The notes beneath the pieces are model-generated. The model was not told the DNA's origin and ran no database searches. It was given only the letters and a program-made list of their open reading frames with translations. A DNA stretch of 62,330 bases, the filler included, from Sphacelaria rigidula (Eukaryota), in assembly GCA_964200075.2 (NCBI GenBank). It is 8 parts of 8 records of this genome, joined end to end, with 100 filler letters (N's around TTAATTAATTAA, not from the genome) between each part and the next. Parts side by side here need not be neighbours in the genome. Positions count along the whole stretch, not along the records: positions 23,413 to 31,116 come from CAXNAA020013738.1; positions 31,217 to 38,920 come from CAXNAA020013739.1; 6 more parts are not named here. One strand, given 5' to 3'. The position numbers were made by a program, and so were the translations under genes. Positions within the stretch are counted from its first letter, which is position 1, and each line of letters starts with the position of its first letter. Positions 25,091 through 38,400 of the stretch are shown in pieces.

Positions 25091-26435
25091 ATGCACCCGT
25101 ACACAAAACAAAACAGAACAAAAAGATCGTGGGAGCCGAGATAGCCTCTACACTATCCGACACGCTGTATGTGGCTAGAGACTCACTTTCAAAACAGCAT
25201 GTTTCTCGCGGATATCGCTGACCCCAATCAACCCCCATTACACTGTGTTCTATGTGTTCCGAGGCAGAAAATACAATGTGACGGTATTTTTGTTCCTCCC
25301 ACAAGCGCAGTGAACCAGGACTTCCCGACGAACGCATTCGCTTGCGTATCTTTTTTCCCTCCTTCGTCCGTGCACCCGCCCTTGTCGAGCGCGACTTTAG
25401 ATGAGGGGGCCACGAAGGGCACCCAATTTCAGGACGGGAAAGAGGTGAACAAGTTAAGGCAAGCCCCTGAACGACATGATTCACGATCATAGCGGTGACT
25501 CAATTTGCGCCGGACACGGAGCAGGCAAAGCTCGAAGCACAAACCGAGAACCTTCAGAGAAATGAACTGCTTCAAAATGTAAGGAACATCATATAATATC
25601 GCCCGTGACTCGAGCCTCCGTCCCGCCTCATTCCCCTCCGGCTTTCATCCCGAACGCCATGACAAGGCGCACCGAGCAATACTGCACGCGGCCAGGCGGT
25701 TACAGGCTAGTTGGAGGGGGGCTAGGGCGAGACGGAAACTTCAAAGTCAACAGCACGTGCGTCACTGAGCGCCTTCACAGTCGCCTTGAAGTTGTATTAT
25801 ATCACACCAGAAAATGTATCGCAATTACAGAAAATCTCGAGCTCGGGTTCCGCCTCCCAAGAGCTTAGAAACTTCATAGTGTGTTCGCGAAGTATCATCA
25901 TCAATCTGTGGCCTTCCTTGGGGCGTGTGGTGTCTTGTTCTCGTGAGGCGTATCACTGTGTTCTTCCTATTGATGGTGTATAAGTTTGGAGACGTCGTAC
26001 GTCTATAGGCACCAGAGTTGTCTTTATTGGCCACTGTGCAGATGGTGCTGAAACCACAAAGCTACGCTTGGTTCTAGCTCTCGTAGAAAATGGAGTTCTT
26101 GCATGCAACCCTCCCGCTCCTCCCGAATTAACAACGCACAACACGATCACAGCAACAGGCTTCTGTTTGCCAGTAGTCAAGGAACTCGCTAGTTGTTGGA
26201 TGCTCACACGATCAAGATACACATCATGGCGGTATAACTTTGAGCTCGTACCGAACAGCTAAAAGGCGTACGGAAGCCTTCCCTCGTCTCCAAAACAAAC
26301 ACCCCCTGTATTTTCAACGGCGTATCGTGTCGGGATCAATCTTTGGAATGTCCTACCGGAGAAAACGTATACAGTAATCGATCGTTTCGGCTAGTGAGAA
26401 TGCAGTGATGATACCGTACTCGCCGTTGTGTTCAG

Positions 26436-26995
26436 GATCGTTTCAGAGCTTGGAACCTACACATTGGGGACCTGGACGGCCTTCCGAACTCCTGGAGCCA
26501 GCATGAGGTAGGTGCGCGTGCCATCACACCTCCAATATCCACGGAGGTCCATTCTGCCCTTGTGATAGACCTGCTCTCCCTGCGGTGTGTTAATGGCTTC
26601 TGACATCTCGTGAAACAAGTGCCCCGTGCGCTCTTTCGGAACTTCTGTTGCGGGTGAATGACTTGGCGACGTGCGGGTTGCTCAGCTTGCGGTAACACTG
26701 TTTCTTCGATCCCCCTCTCCCCTCATCGTTTCGACGCAGGCTCATAGGCCGGATGCGTCATCAGAGGATCAATACCGCGTATTGGTCACCGTACTCGAAG
26801 ACATGACACGGGCGGGGCTACAGTCGGCTTCTATCCAACCGCTGCAGCTGTTCCGCTTCGAAACACCAGCGGTCGGCGGCGTCGGCAGCAGCAACGTCAC
26901 CGCGTCGTCGTCCTCGCCTTCGGTGTCGCCTCACCCTGTACCCACGCTCGGTGTCCGCGCGGCCACAGTGTCGGGAATAGCGGACCAGCCTTGCG
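26436..26995 (+). CDS. Two putative exons (26436-26507, 26740-26995), product unknown
   Basis: CAG acceptors (the second has a clear pyrimidine tract), donors GTAGGT and GTAAGA. Phase-0 join reads DRFRAWNLHIGDLDGLPNSWSQHE|AHRPDASSEDQYRVLVTVLEDM. No family recognised. Confidence 0.4.
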
Positions 26996-27394
26996 GTAAG
27001 AGTGGAACGTAGAGATGCATATCCATTCCGGAAGCTAGCCAGGGTAGACAACGGCAGATACTCGAAGCATGTCCATTGTGGTGTGGTCATCGTTGCGGCC
27101 TCATAGTATTCGCTGTCAATGTGCAGTCCAATACATCGGCCTTCTGATATCTGACACACATGCCTCAGCGGGGGACCCTTGAACAACGAGCATTTGGGGG
27201 AGTACAGGGAGGGCACTCTACGTCTTCTTGTACGGCTTTGCGTGCGGCACGTCTCATGAACGGAGAGGCCTTGTTGCACGCGTTTCAGTAGCATACTCTT
27301 AGCACCGATAGCAATGCTTACCGCCGATAGCTGACACCGTACCACCAAAAAGAGACATGCCCCTTTGTGTCGTTACGACGTCGACAGCAACGCA

Positions 27395-27834
27395 CAGTCG
27401 ATCATCGAAATTGAGGATCGAGCTTTTCATTGAGGATGAGAACCCGGAGGATTAAAATCCTAGTATCCACGCCAAATCTTCGAAATATGGTTCCATCCCT
27501 TCACCTACTGGTAGCTATTAACAAGTACTACACACCATACACATTTGGATTTCGATAACCGAAATGATGGGGTCCTAGGTGAAGGACCAATTTCGGGGAA
27601 TTTCAGCGATCCGATCGGATCACCTGCATTCCCCAAAACTGTTTCTTCATCTAGGACCCCAGCGTTTCGGTTATCGGAATCCCAACTTGTAGGGCGTGTA
27701 GCAGTTGTCAATAGCTACCATTAGGTAAAGGAATGGAACCATGTTTCGAAGATTTGGTGTGGATACGAAGATTTTAATCCTCCGCGTTCTCATCTTCAAC
27801 GAAAAGCTTCATCCTCAATTTTGATGATCGGCTG
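27395..27834. mobile_element. 440-bp loopless palindromic (fold-back) MITE, copy 1
   Basis: Dyad centre at 27614/27615 in GATCCGATCGGATC. Ends are CAGTCGATCATC and GATGATCGGCTG; the arms are complementary, with mismatches, along the whole length. Confidence 0.92.
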
Positions 27835-30800
27835 TTAAGGGTAGATCCTATTGATACTGTAGTCGTGAAGAGTCAGAACTACGAATTGCCCGTGCTCGTC
27901 GAACACACACACATACACATACGCACACACGATGAAGATCCAAGGCAACGCCCATCAACCCCCGCTCCCTTCCACCCGTTTCCAGTCACTTTTATTGTTA
28001 TTATTTATTTATTTTGCTTGTCGCGTTTTGAACCCCTCTCCTTCCTCGGGACGAGTCCGTGGTCTCAAGGTATCAACCCATCTCTCCCGTCCATGCTGGT
28101 GCATTACACTTCACCTCAGAAATGGCTGATTCAGCGTCGGAAAAAGTCCAGCGATCCCGCCGTCGGAAAACTGCAATGGGGCACGAAGGCGATAGCGGGG
28201 GTAACGGGCGACGGGCGGGGCGTACAGGGGTATCCAAAGAAGCAGGGAGTTTTAACAGCAGTGCAGCACAGGGGGTAGTGAGCGGCGCGAGGGCAGAATT
28301 TAGCAGCAGGGTAAGACTCCTCGGTCAACTTGATTGCAAGAGAACTTTAAAGGCCGCGATGAAAGCGAACGGTGGGAAAATCGGGAAACGAAGAATACTT
28401 GAGTGTGTGGAGTGAGCGACGTGCGCATGCCACTCTGGATCATTGCCATTCACGCATGGATGAATGGCCCTCGAATATGCCGCAGTTTTCTCATCGCAAC
28501 GTCTCCCAGGCGGCTTTCGGCACCAACCCGCACTACACGGGAGGGCACCGCCAGAACCGTGGCTATAGCGCGAACGCGATAGACGCGACAGGCGCTGGTG
28601 TGTGAATGGGGTACTGTACGTTCTCGTGCTCGTGACCACGCGTCATTGCGACCTCGTCTCTCTCGTTATACCCTGCCGCCCACTCCATCTGTATAAACTT
28701 GACACCTCAGATCTTCGTGCCCGGAACAAAGATGTGGGTGACGGTTGTCTTGACCGTGGTTCGCCAGGTGAGAAAATCAACCCTTGAGATGCTGTGCACG
28801 AGAGATGATGTTTGGGGGGTCCACAGTATTTGCGCGTCTTGACGAACACGATATATATATGGACAAAAGAAGCGTACGGTACTGTACCGCTACACACATC
28901 GCAGACGCAAGATTCCCTCTCCCGTACCCTGGTCAACACTCCGCCTCTCTCGACGACTGTGCCGGGCAGTCCTCGCCGGTTCAATCTCATTAAAAGGGTG
29001 TAGTTATCGTCAGAGGGAATGGCAACGAAAACTCGACGCACGTCTATGGCCTAGTACCTCCCCCCTAATTGTCACTTCGACTTCAACTACCTTGCCGTCG
29101 ATAGATAGGACGTTCGGCTGTACTCCCGTGATGCAGGCAACGAGCACACCTGCGACACCGTGGTGATCGAAATCAATCAGTGCGGATCTTAGTATCACCA
29201 ACTTTATCCCTGATCTCATCTGCCTTCTGCCTTCTGTTCATTTTCCAAAAGCCGCCGATCAGATGCTCCCTCGCGTTTAGTCACACCTGAGTTTCTTTCA
29301 AGCATATTTATTTGACAAACCCGTCATATCCACTTCCCAACGTGGTATCGTGATCTTGGCAATGCAAAAGCGATCCACAGATAAGCCAGGCACAGCTCCA
29401 ACTTTCGTTGGCCAGGCATTCTCGCACCTGAAGAATGACCTATACAAAGGGGTTGGTCGTCCGCTGGTTCTACAGCTCCGCCCAGTCCTGCACTTCCCGG
29501 TTTATAAGAAAATGTCGCGCAAGGGAGGGCAGCACGAAGTGTTTCAGGTGCGGAAGGTCAACAAAGAGACAGACCCATGAAAACGACTCATGCAGTCGAA
29601 GGAGGTAGGCACGGGCGAAGCCTCGCAGATGGAGTTGTCATTAGATTGGACCGACGCGTGCGAACGAAGGGGATGTCTGCATCCGACTAATGTATCTTTC
29701 GTCAAAGTGCCTGCAAAGATGGCGTAGGAGGGCGTTTTGTTCGCTAGTCCTGGGGTTCGCACTTCTACCGTAGAGTCGAATCACCCGGGACCCTGCATGC
29801 TGTGTCGCCCATGAGAAAGAAAAGCTATACGCAGCATGCAGATAGAACAGGTCAGCTTGTGATAGTCTCACTTGTATCTTCACGCGTGGACTGACTGAAT
29901 GGCGTCGATAGTATTTTCTCTCAAGTATCTCGAAACGTCCTGTCCAGGGAATATACGTCACCGGTGATATTCCCGCCAAAGGTAATGAATGCACAGAAGG
30001 CGTCATACTCCAGTACCCGCGCTTGAAAGACGATTCCCTCGGTAACCCTGCATTATTGTGCCACCCCCGCCTGGGATGTGGAGATTCGCCCATGATGTCC
30101 ACCTGGAATCGGAACCCCCGGTGGGATGCTCACTTGGACCTGAGATATTGATGTCCCTCTAGAAGATGGGCATAAATCTGAACACTCTCTACCTGGTACA
30201 AACGTTTGAATCAGGCGTATCGACGACGGGTTGCTAATATTGTCGTCCTGTACCTTGTCTCTATCCCCCCACTGTCAATATCCACGGATTTGACAAAGAG
30301 GATACGAATTGAATCCCCGCATTCGAGAAATTTGAATTACATCCGCTGCTTCCGGTTGACTTCAAATCATCCCATCATTCTCTGTAGCGAGAATCGCGAG
30401 CAGCTTTGTTATTTCTAAGAGCCTCCCGAAACCACATTCGCCTGGGATGTACATCTGGGATAATCCGCCGGGGATAGTCGTCTCGGATATGATAATGAGG
30501 TATCTATCTGGCATATCGACACGGAATGTCCATCTATGAATTCCGCCTAGGACGTCCACCCGAGGCATGGCTATCTATCTGGAATGTTCATCCGCGGCAT
30601 CCATCTGGAAAGTGGGTATCCATCTAGGACTTGATAGTCTATTTGAGACCTCAATATAAAGCTGGGGTGTTCCAGATTGGTGTTCGTCTGTGAACATTCA
30701 CCTGGAACGCCTCACCGGGCAAGACCGTTTTGCAGACTGCGTCTGCGGGTGTTGTCCGGATGCATGTACATGCTGGAAAACCGAGCAACTCAACCTTAAT

Positions 30801-31216
30801 CGTGACGCTGGCCCTGACCTAAACGCGTGGACAGCTCTTGCGCTGGTGAACGTAGATCTGGATTGGCCTGCACTTTTTCTTTTTCTTTGTCACATTTTGG
30901 GCCTCCCACCTTCCTCGGGGACGGGCCCGTGGTCTCAAGGGCTCAAGGGATCACCCCATTCATCCCTGGTCATTCAGCCCATGGTGAGACACCCATGAGG
31001 CAGCGTAAAAGCCGTGGTTGTCTCTGGAAGTGGTAATATCAGACAATAAAGCAACTCATTAGAGGCTGTCATCCAAATGCAAGATAGTCAGTACGCTTCG
31101 GGCCGAACAGTCTTAGNNNNNNNNNNNNNNNNNNNNNNNNNNNNNNNNNNNNNNNNNNNNTTAATTAATTAANNNNNNNNNNNNNNNNNNNNNNNNNNNN
31201 NNNNNNNNNNNNNNNN

Positions 31217-31512
31217 TTCATGTCTATGTCCGGACTGTGTTATAGTAGGTGAAATAAAAAGGAGGGTTAGCTTCTCTGTTTCATGTTCATGTCCGGGCTG
31301 TGTTAGAGTAGGTTAAATAAAAGGGAGGGTTAGCTTCTCTATTTCATGTCCATGTCTGGGCTGTGTTTTAGTAGGTCAAAGAAAAAGGAAGATTAGCTCC
31401 TCTATTTCATGTATATGTCCGGGCTGTGTTATAGTAGGTTAGAAAAAAAGGAAGATTAGCTTCTCTATTTCATGTCCATGTCCGGGCTGTGTTATGGTGG
31501 GATAAATAAAAT
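31217..31512 (+). repeat. 63-bp minisatellite, about 4.7 copies, cut by the contig start
   Basis: Unit TTCATGTCCATGTCCGGGCTGTGTTATAGTAGGTTAAATAAAAAGGRRGRTTAGCTTCTCTAT starts at about 31217, 31280, 31343, 31406 and 31469. Confidence 0.93.
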
Positions 31513-32339
31513 GTGTTCCCGGGGGGGAAACCATTGGATTGTTTAATTTTCCTCCTGTCGTGTATGTCGGTCCGGAACTTTTCCTCGTGGCGGTCCCCGG
31601 TATATGTACAGTGGCAGTCTGAACATTTGTCTAGGTTGCGATGGCTTGTTTTACAACGCCGTTCCCACTCGACGCCAACCCAAGAGTCTAGAGGTGAGGG
31701 GAGGCAAGGGGGACGACGGTTAGGTATTCCTGATCCACCGTAGGAGCATCCAGATGAGCAAAACGCCGGACACGCTCCATCACCCATGCAGTCGAAATTT
31801 CTACCCTTCTCTCTTCACATCCAACGCACTCCCTCACCCAGTTCGTTCAAGACTTTGTCAATTGTGCAGCGTCATTTTTTCGCCCTGTCTGGGTTATGGT
31901 CATGGTTCTTCCTTGAGCTCAACAGCCCGCCCGCCCCGTATTCAGCACTTAAGTGTGACTTAGAGTAGGTGTCCAGCACCAAGTGTACCGCACTGGGGTA
32001 AAGTCTCTCAGGCGCAGGATGTCCTCCCCTACCCAGGTCAGTCCAACCTCCATCGGGGCCTTGCCTTTGAGCAACATTTCTCCAACTCAACCCGACAAGA
32101 CGCATCACACATACGACCCGTGGTTCCTTACGGGGCCCGGGCGCCGGTAGTCGTGTATGACGTGGAAGCGCATCCGCTCTCAGCGGGTCATCTGCAGGTT
32201 CATATTTGAAGTGAACTGTACACGGATTCATCGCGCGAGGTACTACCTTTTCCAGCGAGCACAGATTGCGGTCGCTAGTTTCAGCGACACTACTTATTGG
32301 ATATCCAAGGATTCAAGACAGGGGGGTGGGTGGGGGGTG

Positions 32340-32495
32340 TACTCATGATCTTGCGTGCCATAGTCATATGACAATTGACCTCGCATCCCTACAAAGCAGG
32401 GACGGAGCACGCCGGGTTTTCCCCGTACCAGGCCCGCAGTCAATCACCAAACGCGAAGCGCCGTCATCTGTTCAGCGAGTCGCATGAAGAGTGAG
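32340..32495 (+). repeat. Dispersed repeat family C
   Basis: Core CCTCGCATCCCTACAAAGCCGGGACGGAGCACGCCGGGTTTTCGCCGGACCAGGCTCGC. Overlapping pieces of the family also lie at 15633-15673, 31050-31116 (-), 53865-54052, 54628-54732, 61675-61897 and 62205-62330. Confidence 0.88.
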
Positions 32496-34382
32496 ACAGG
32501 GGAGAGGCAAAGAAGCTACAGCTCACGGAAATCACGGAGAGACGCTGCATGCTTTGTCGAGCCTAGATTCTATTTGTGCTGTATATAGGTGGGATACTTA
32601 GGGCAACATAACTTTCTGTGCAGGAGTTGCGCTGCGCCGAAAGGGTGCGGAAAACCTGGGTCCCGTGGACGCCAGAACTCTACTCCGTATATTTGTACCT
32701 ATCGGGACGGCGGCACACCAAAATTTTCATTTCGCCACTAGACATTTCAGCTTCAACTGAGAGGTGAAAAGGCTCTGAGGACCGGATTCGATGGCTCGGG
32801 ACGGGCACAAATCGTTTGTACGGAAAATAACATACCCTGTTGATGTTTGTAGAGGCAGCGGGACGACTTCATGTCCCCAGGGGGTCGAAGGTCGGGCCTT
32901 AGGTCAACAGCATAGGTACTATACCTTCCAGTCATGTCTCAGGTTTTGACAAATATTGCCGTAAGTTTGCAACAGGCAATGAGGGACATAACATCCCCAG
33001 AGCATATTTTGGGAGGGGACGTCATGATTTCATCTCCCGGACGAGGGTTGGGAATGTGATAGACATGTAATCTAAGATGCAGACCCTTCTGTTGTATCAA
33101 CGTTTGTCAGATGTTCAGTGGCATCGTCATTCGCGCGTAACGGGGGGAAATGGTCGATAACACCCCCTGTAGCCGTGGTTTGATTGTGTGTGTATGCGGG
33201 GGGGGGGGGGGTATGCAGTGGGTTGTCCTGCGGAGGAGTTAGTATGTGTGATTTGCCGTTTATCGTATTTTGAATTTGTCAAAAATATCTGTCATAGTCA
33301 GGGGCATCAGGATTAAAGTAGTCTACAATAGGCGAGAGGTTAAATGTAAGTCCCACAAACGGTAGATACCACCCCCTGGCGGACGTCTTCTCCCTGCCCC
33401 GCCCGACCATCCGCATTCCCCGATGAAATCCGATGATTCAAACATACGTCCGAGTGCCATGCAGTGCCATTTAGGACTAGAATAAGCGTGCGTTGTGTTG
33501 TGTTGAAGGGGAGAACGAACGAAAGAGGTCTGACTAACCATGTGAGAACCCCCAAGGTGCGAAGTCGAGGGTGGAATGAGATCAGGCGTGCTATCAGAAG
33601 AGGTCGGCTGGTACGGTGGCGTGTGCGCCTACGCGATTTGATTGTCGCCTACTGTTGTGAGCGAACAACATGTCTCATGTTTGTCTTCTGTGAGCAGGTT
33701 CGCGATGCAGTACAGGTCTACCGACCGTCAGGCAGTCAGCGCAACCGTTTCAAATGAGGATTTACTGTCTGCATTGTATCCTCTGTCACACAACAGCGCC
33801 TGTTATGTGTAATGTACGAAGCAGTTCACAGCCCGTATTGCAGATACGAAAACGTTCCCCAGAAGCTGACACTGAGACTATCGTAGGGAGAAAGCGAATG
33901 TGCGGAGCAAATGAAGTGATGAGATTTCAATTTCGTAGCAGATGTCCTTCCAACAGATGAAAAGGCTTGGCGAAGTATCTGTGAACACTGGAGCAACAAT
34001 CAGCAACTGCTACTGCTCGCACTGTGATGTGGCGATCACTCAGGACATAGCCGTCATCCATGGGCAGCCAACCCTCGTGTGCCGCAACTTTGAGAGTCGA
34101 CACCGCGCGAACTGCGGGTAGTCGTGTATTCGTCTGGTGTGTCCGTCACAGCAGCCCAGAACAGACGAACAGGAAACATCCCCAAAACACTGTAGGTCTC
34201 TCCTCTCGAGAAGATGCAATTAATGCTCCACGCTATCGCACCTCTCCGAGTATGCGTAGACAGTCAACCTGTCTTTACGTGCTGAGCTAGTTGCTGCGTT
34301 CTGCGGTACCGTCTGGGCTATCAGTTCTGCACGGCTCTACGGTACATGGTACAGTACTCTACTTGGGATGCGCTGATTTCAC

Positions 34383-34535
34383 CTGCTTGAGTTCGTTTAT
34401 CTCGCCCTTCTTTTGATCCACAAAGAAAGTTGGAGCTGATGCGCCATTGTTGTTTCCCGGACCCACCATACTTCCGGGTGGCTGGGACGGCGGCATATGT
34501 GGCATAGGTTGGCCAGCGCGTGCGTACTGTTCCAT
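34383..34535 (-). CDS. Adaptor protein complex beta subunit (beta-adaptin, probably AP-4 beta), first exon
   Basis: MEQYARAG...APTFFVDQKKGEINELKQ carries the beta-adaptin N-terminal F-x-x-x-KKGEI-x-ELK motif. Donor CAG|GTGAAA. Confidence 0.8.
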
Positions 34536-37162
34536 TTCTCTTTCTGCCTCGGCGTTGCAACACGGTGTAGGACTACACAACTACTGTCTGCTGTCCTTGG
34601 ATGCGAAACGACCCGAGGCAAATGCTTTGTGTCATTTTCCATTTTCAAGTCAGCCCAGCTTCAGCTTTGTCTGTGTACTGGCGGGGCTGTTTGGGGGTTG
34701 GTGTGCGGAGAGCTGTGCCAAAACTAGGCGTTATGACCTTGGTGGAGAGGGTGAGAAGATATTCCCTCGTAGTTCGTAGGCACTAGGATTAGTTGCAGCG
34801 GGTATCGACCGTCAGTTGTGCTTCTGTAGTCAGCCGCCCAGGAGAGTATCTCGGCTCTCGACCTTTTCTGTCTCGATCTCTGATGGCCGGCTATTATAGT
34901 GCTGCGGTTAACCGTCGTCTGCGTGTGTTGCTGGTCGCCATGTGGTCGTCGTGTCTCGGGGTCAGAAGAGGGCGCTGGCGAGCCTGAGTTATGATTTACA
35001 TTCGCTCAGTCGAAATACGATATTTGAGCGTTAGTTTTATTGCACTGCTCTTCAATTTACTCTTGTAGCGCCGCACACTTTTCTGGAAAGGCCTTCCCGT
35101 CTCGATCAACCTTAGCATAACTGACACGTGATTGCTGTACGAGTTCACTAAACTCCAGTGTATATAGTGGTGCAATTCAAGGACCACTTACAACGGTGTG
35201 CTCTGCGCTGTTGTACTATACTGCGCCCTGGTTTGCAACGCGCCGCCTGTTGGCTGTACACACCATCCATTGAGCGATGGACGTCACTCACTATGGAGCA
35301 TGTTGTCAGCCGCTGAGCCCCAGCAAAAAAATGCAGAGCAAACGCACCGACCAGCTTTCTCTGGCTGCGATTACTTCCGTCTCTCCTATAATAGTCGTCT
35401 ATACAGATCGTATGAGGTGTGCAATTTGAAAGCACGTGTACCAATGCAGTTGCTGTGCCGTCAGCACAACAGCAACGACAGTGGCAGCCGCACTGTGCGG
35501 TGCAGTACGTTTACGGTAGAGTAGTGCAAACAATATAGGCAATATAGCAGTGTCATACAGCAATACAGATAATTGGCACCGCAAGAGCACACACAATCCG
35601 GGGAAATTCTCCATCTTTCCCACGATGCTGTTGTGAAAGACATGAGTCCCGCCAGTACCGTACCCTGTTCAGAGGGCGGTACTATTCAGTCCAGCGCCAC
35701 GAACGCGCTGGCGAAGGGCAAACAGCGCTTTGCATGCCATATTTCTACACGGTGCACTATACTGTACGTACCGTTGAGGCAAACGTTGCCCGCAAAAGAT
35801 CAACTTTCATGCGCGACGATCTAGTCCAAAAAAGTAATCTCGTCTGTCTCATCACCTTCGGTGAAATCAATCACCTGACCAAATCTTCACGAGGGGTAAC
35901 GTGGTCAGATCGCCGGGACTGATACCACCCGATATTATTGTTCCGATATTTTCCAGATTTTGGGCTCAAGGTCACGGGTACTTTCAGACCCTTTATATCT
36001 GAAGCATGGTTGTGAACTATTTTAACGCCCGCAACCTGCAGCGAGTCCTAAGAATCCTGTGGAGTACGGCGGTATTGTAGGAGAGAAAGGCCTGGATAAC
36101 GTCCGAGCGCTAAAGCGATCCCGCTCAACTGATTTTTCGACCAAAAGCATCCCCGCAGCCTAGCATGGTTGAGCAGTTGACGAGGGTTTTGTTGCAGTCT
36201 AGCTCGTGTTCTGCAACTCGCATAGCGAGTATGATGGCTGTGCCCTGCACGCCTTCGAATCCTGCTAGCGTTGCCGTTGATACTTTGAAACAGCGGAGAT
36301 GCATGCACTCTTGTAGGGGAGGTACTGGTGGTGTACAAACATCACCGAGAGAGGGTGCGAGCTATGTGCGTAGCAATGACCTGTCGGTCCCAGACCCCCT
36401 TGTTTACATGGATGCGTCGTCTATTCCGCCTAAACAACGATTCCGAACCCCCTGCGGGAATTTTAGGAAAAGCGGCCTTTCGGCTTGTGGTGCATTGACG
36501 CTACGAAGCATAAAGGGGCGTTTGAAGCTGTATTGACGGGTTTCAGCCTGAACTCCTCTGCCGGCATCACGGCGTCATTTGGGTGCAGAGTGCAAGTTCA
36601 TGGGCAGGAGGGCCATTCGGACGAGCCTACTTTAGCTCAAAATGGCATTGCGATTGTTGAGTTATACGGAAAGACGTGAGATTTATCATCTGTACGACCA
36701 TGACTGTCAGCAGCATGCGACATTGTTTTATTACAGTTACCATCGTTCTCGGACATTGCTCATGCTACACAGGGATTTGAACATAATTTCTGACGTCGAC
36801 GTTGGTAGGAAGATGGCGGTTCTAGCCACCTTGACCTTGGCCGGAGTGTCGTTGTGCTTGCCGTGATTTTAAACATCGCCTAGTCACAGACTAAAAAATT
36901 GCCACCATGGTATATTCCTGGTGTAACTGTCTGGGTGCACGCGTGATTCGGCCATATATTTCACCGCCATATCAACAAAATCCCTTGAATTGGATTCAGG
37001 CAAATCTGGAATAAATGCACCGTCATCCCAATCACCTGAACTCAGATCCCCGGAAAAACGCATGCAAGTCAGTCCTGTAAGAGCACATGGCAACACTGGA
37101 CCACAAGATGGAATCGAGCATTAACAATCGTCATCCTCTCCTGCCGCGGCCTCCCGTGCTCG

Positions 37163-38400
37163 ATGTCCTGTGTGATTCTGTCCCTCGAATCTTCCTCACC
37201 ACAGCGGCAGCAGCAGCCGCAAAGAAGCAGCAGCCGCGAAGCAGCCGAGCAGATAAATTTGCTATCCCCGAGATTACGGCCGCCAAGTATGTCGGAAAGA
37301 GGAACCGCCGAATCGGCGGCGGCGGTGACGGCTGGGGTAGACGGCTCTCAGAGGCGTGGGGGCCACGGCAAAGAAACACCGCCGACGGCATCGACAAGCA
37401 ACTGTGGGAAACGGACAAGCAACAGTAGTGCTCCCGTCAGCGGTAACAGTAGCACCAGCAGTAGGTACCAGAAAAGCGGGGCAGTAGCTACGCCGCCGTC
37501 GCTGCCACCACTTACGCGGCGCAGAGGCCAGTTGGACCCGCGCTTCGAAATTCGAACGGACCCTTCCAAACCTCACCGCGGCAGGGGTATCTTTGCAACA
37601 CAGGCCGTGAAGGCCGGGACGAAGGTTATCGTGGCGCGGCAGTCGGCTGCCATACCGAAGGACAAGTACCGAGCGGCGTTCTGCCGGCGGTGCCTGACAC
37701 TGGTGGATAAGAACACGCTCATCAAATGCCGGCGCTGCGAGGATCGCTTCTGTGGCAAAGACTGCGTGATCTCGGCGGCGGGGGAGGGGACCCACGAAGC
37801 CACTTGCGCGTTTTTAGAGAACTTAGACGGTGAAGACGACAGTAGTAGTGGGTACGGTAGTACCGCAGCAGCAGCAGCCGCAGCCGCCGCTGCTGCGGCG
37901 GCTGCGGCGGCTGCGGCGGCAGCGACGCGGGGAGATAAACTACGTGCGAGCTACAACTACAATGGCAATAGCAACGGCAATGCCAATGCCAATGGCGGTA
38001 GCGGGATAAGTAAAGAGGAGAAGAGTCGTCGCGAAGCGCTCAAGGTGTCATTGCTCGTGCAGGCGGAGAACACTTACGCGCCCGCCGCAACAGAAACAGA
38101 GCTGCTGCGGCTCGCGATGGAGTGCCTCGCGAGGAGAAGGGCGGGTCTGTGCAACGAGCAAGAATGGGACGAAATCTTAGACCTCCAAGATGGGGAGGAG
38201 CTTGTTGGTATCGACGCCGCCGCGGTTTCTGCCGGAGAGGGGTCGACGGGGGACGAGCGGGAGGCTAGTCCGCCCGGGGATGTCGTTGGTTGCGGGAGTG
38301 CTGCAAAGTTAGACCCGGTGTTGCTTCGAGCTGCTCAGGCGAAGCTGAAGGGTGGAAAGGTGCAGGTTTCGACCGAGGAAATTCAGATGGTTTACGCAAG
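37163..38400 (+). CDS. SET and MYND domain (SMYD-type) lysine methyltransferase, large exon
   Basis: SET-N motif HRGRGIFATQAVKAGT, then MYND ligands CRRC...CRRC...FCGKDC...HEATC. Ends at AAG|GTAAGC. The SET-C half lies beyond the contig; the start codon is uncertain. Confidence 0.88.

Noticed and set aside
25990-27350. MULE/SWIM-like transposase remnant
   Set aside because: Cys/His spacing is incomplete and no DDE core is visible.
28030-28060. HDV-like ribozyme suggested by TCC-TTCCTCG-GGA
   Set aside because: The loop does not fit the TYCNCGY L3 pattern and I could not build P1/P2.
28900-30700. Coding-like minus-strand remnant with PWTGRFEI, similar to an integrase GPY/F motif
   Set aside because: No other integrase or RT motif recovered; too decayed to classify without a search.
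31217-31512. Possible CRISPR array
   Set aside because: Contiguous tandem units with no unique spacers, no cas genes, and a eukaryotic context.
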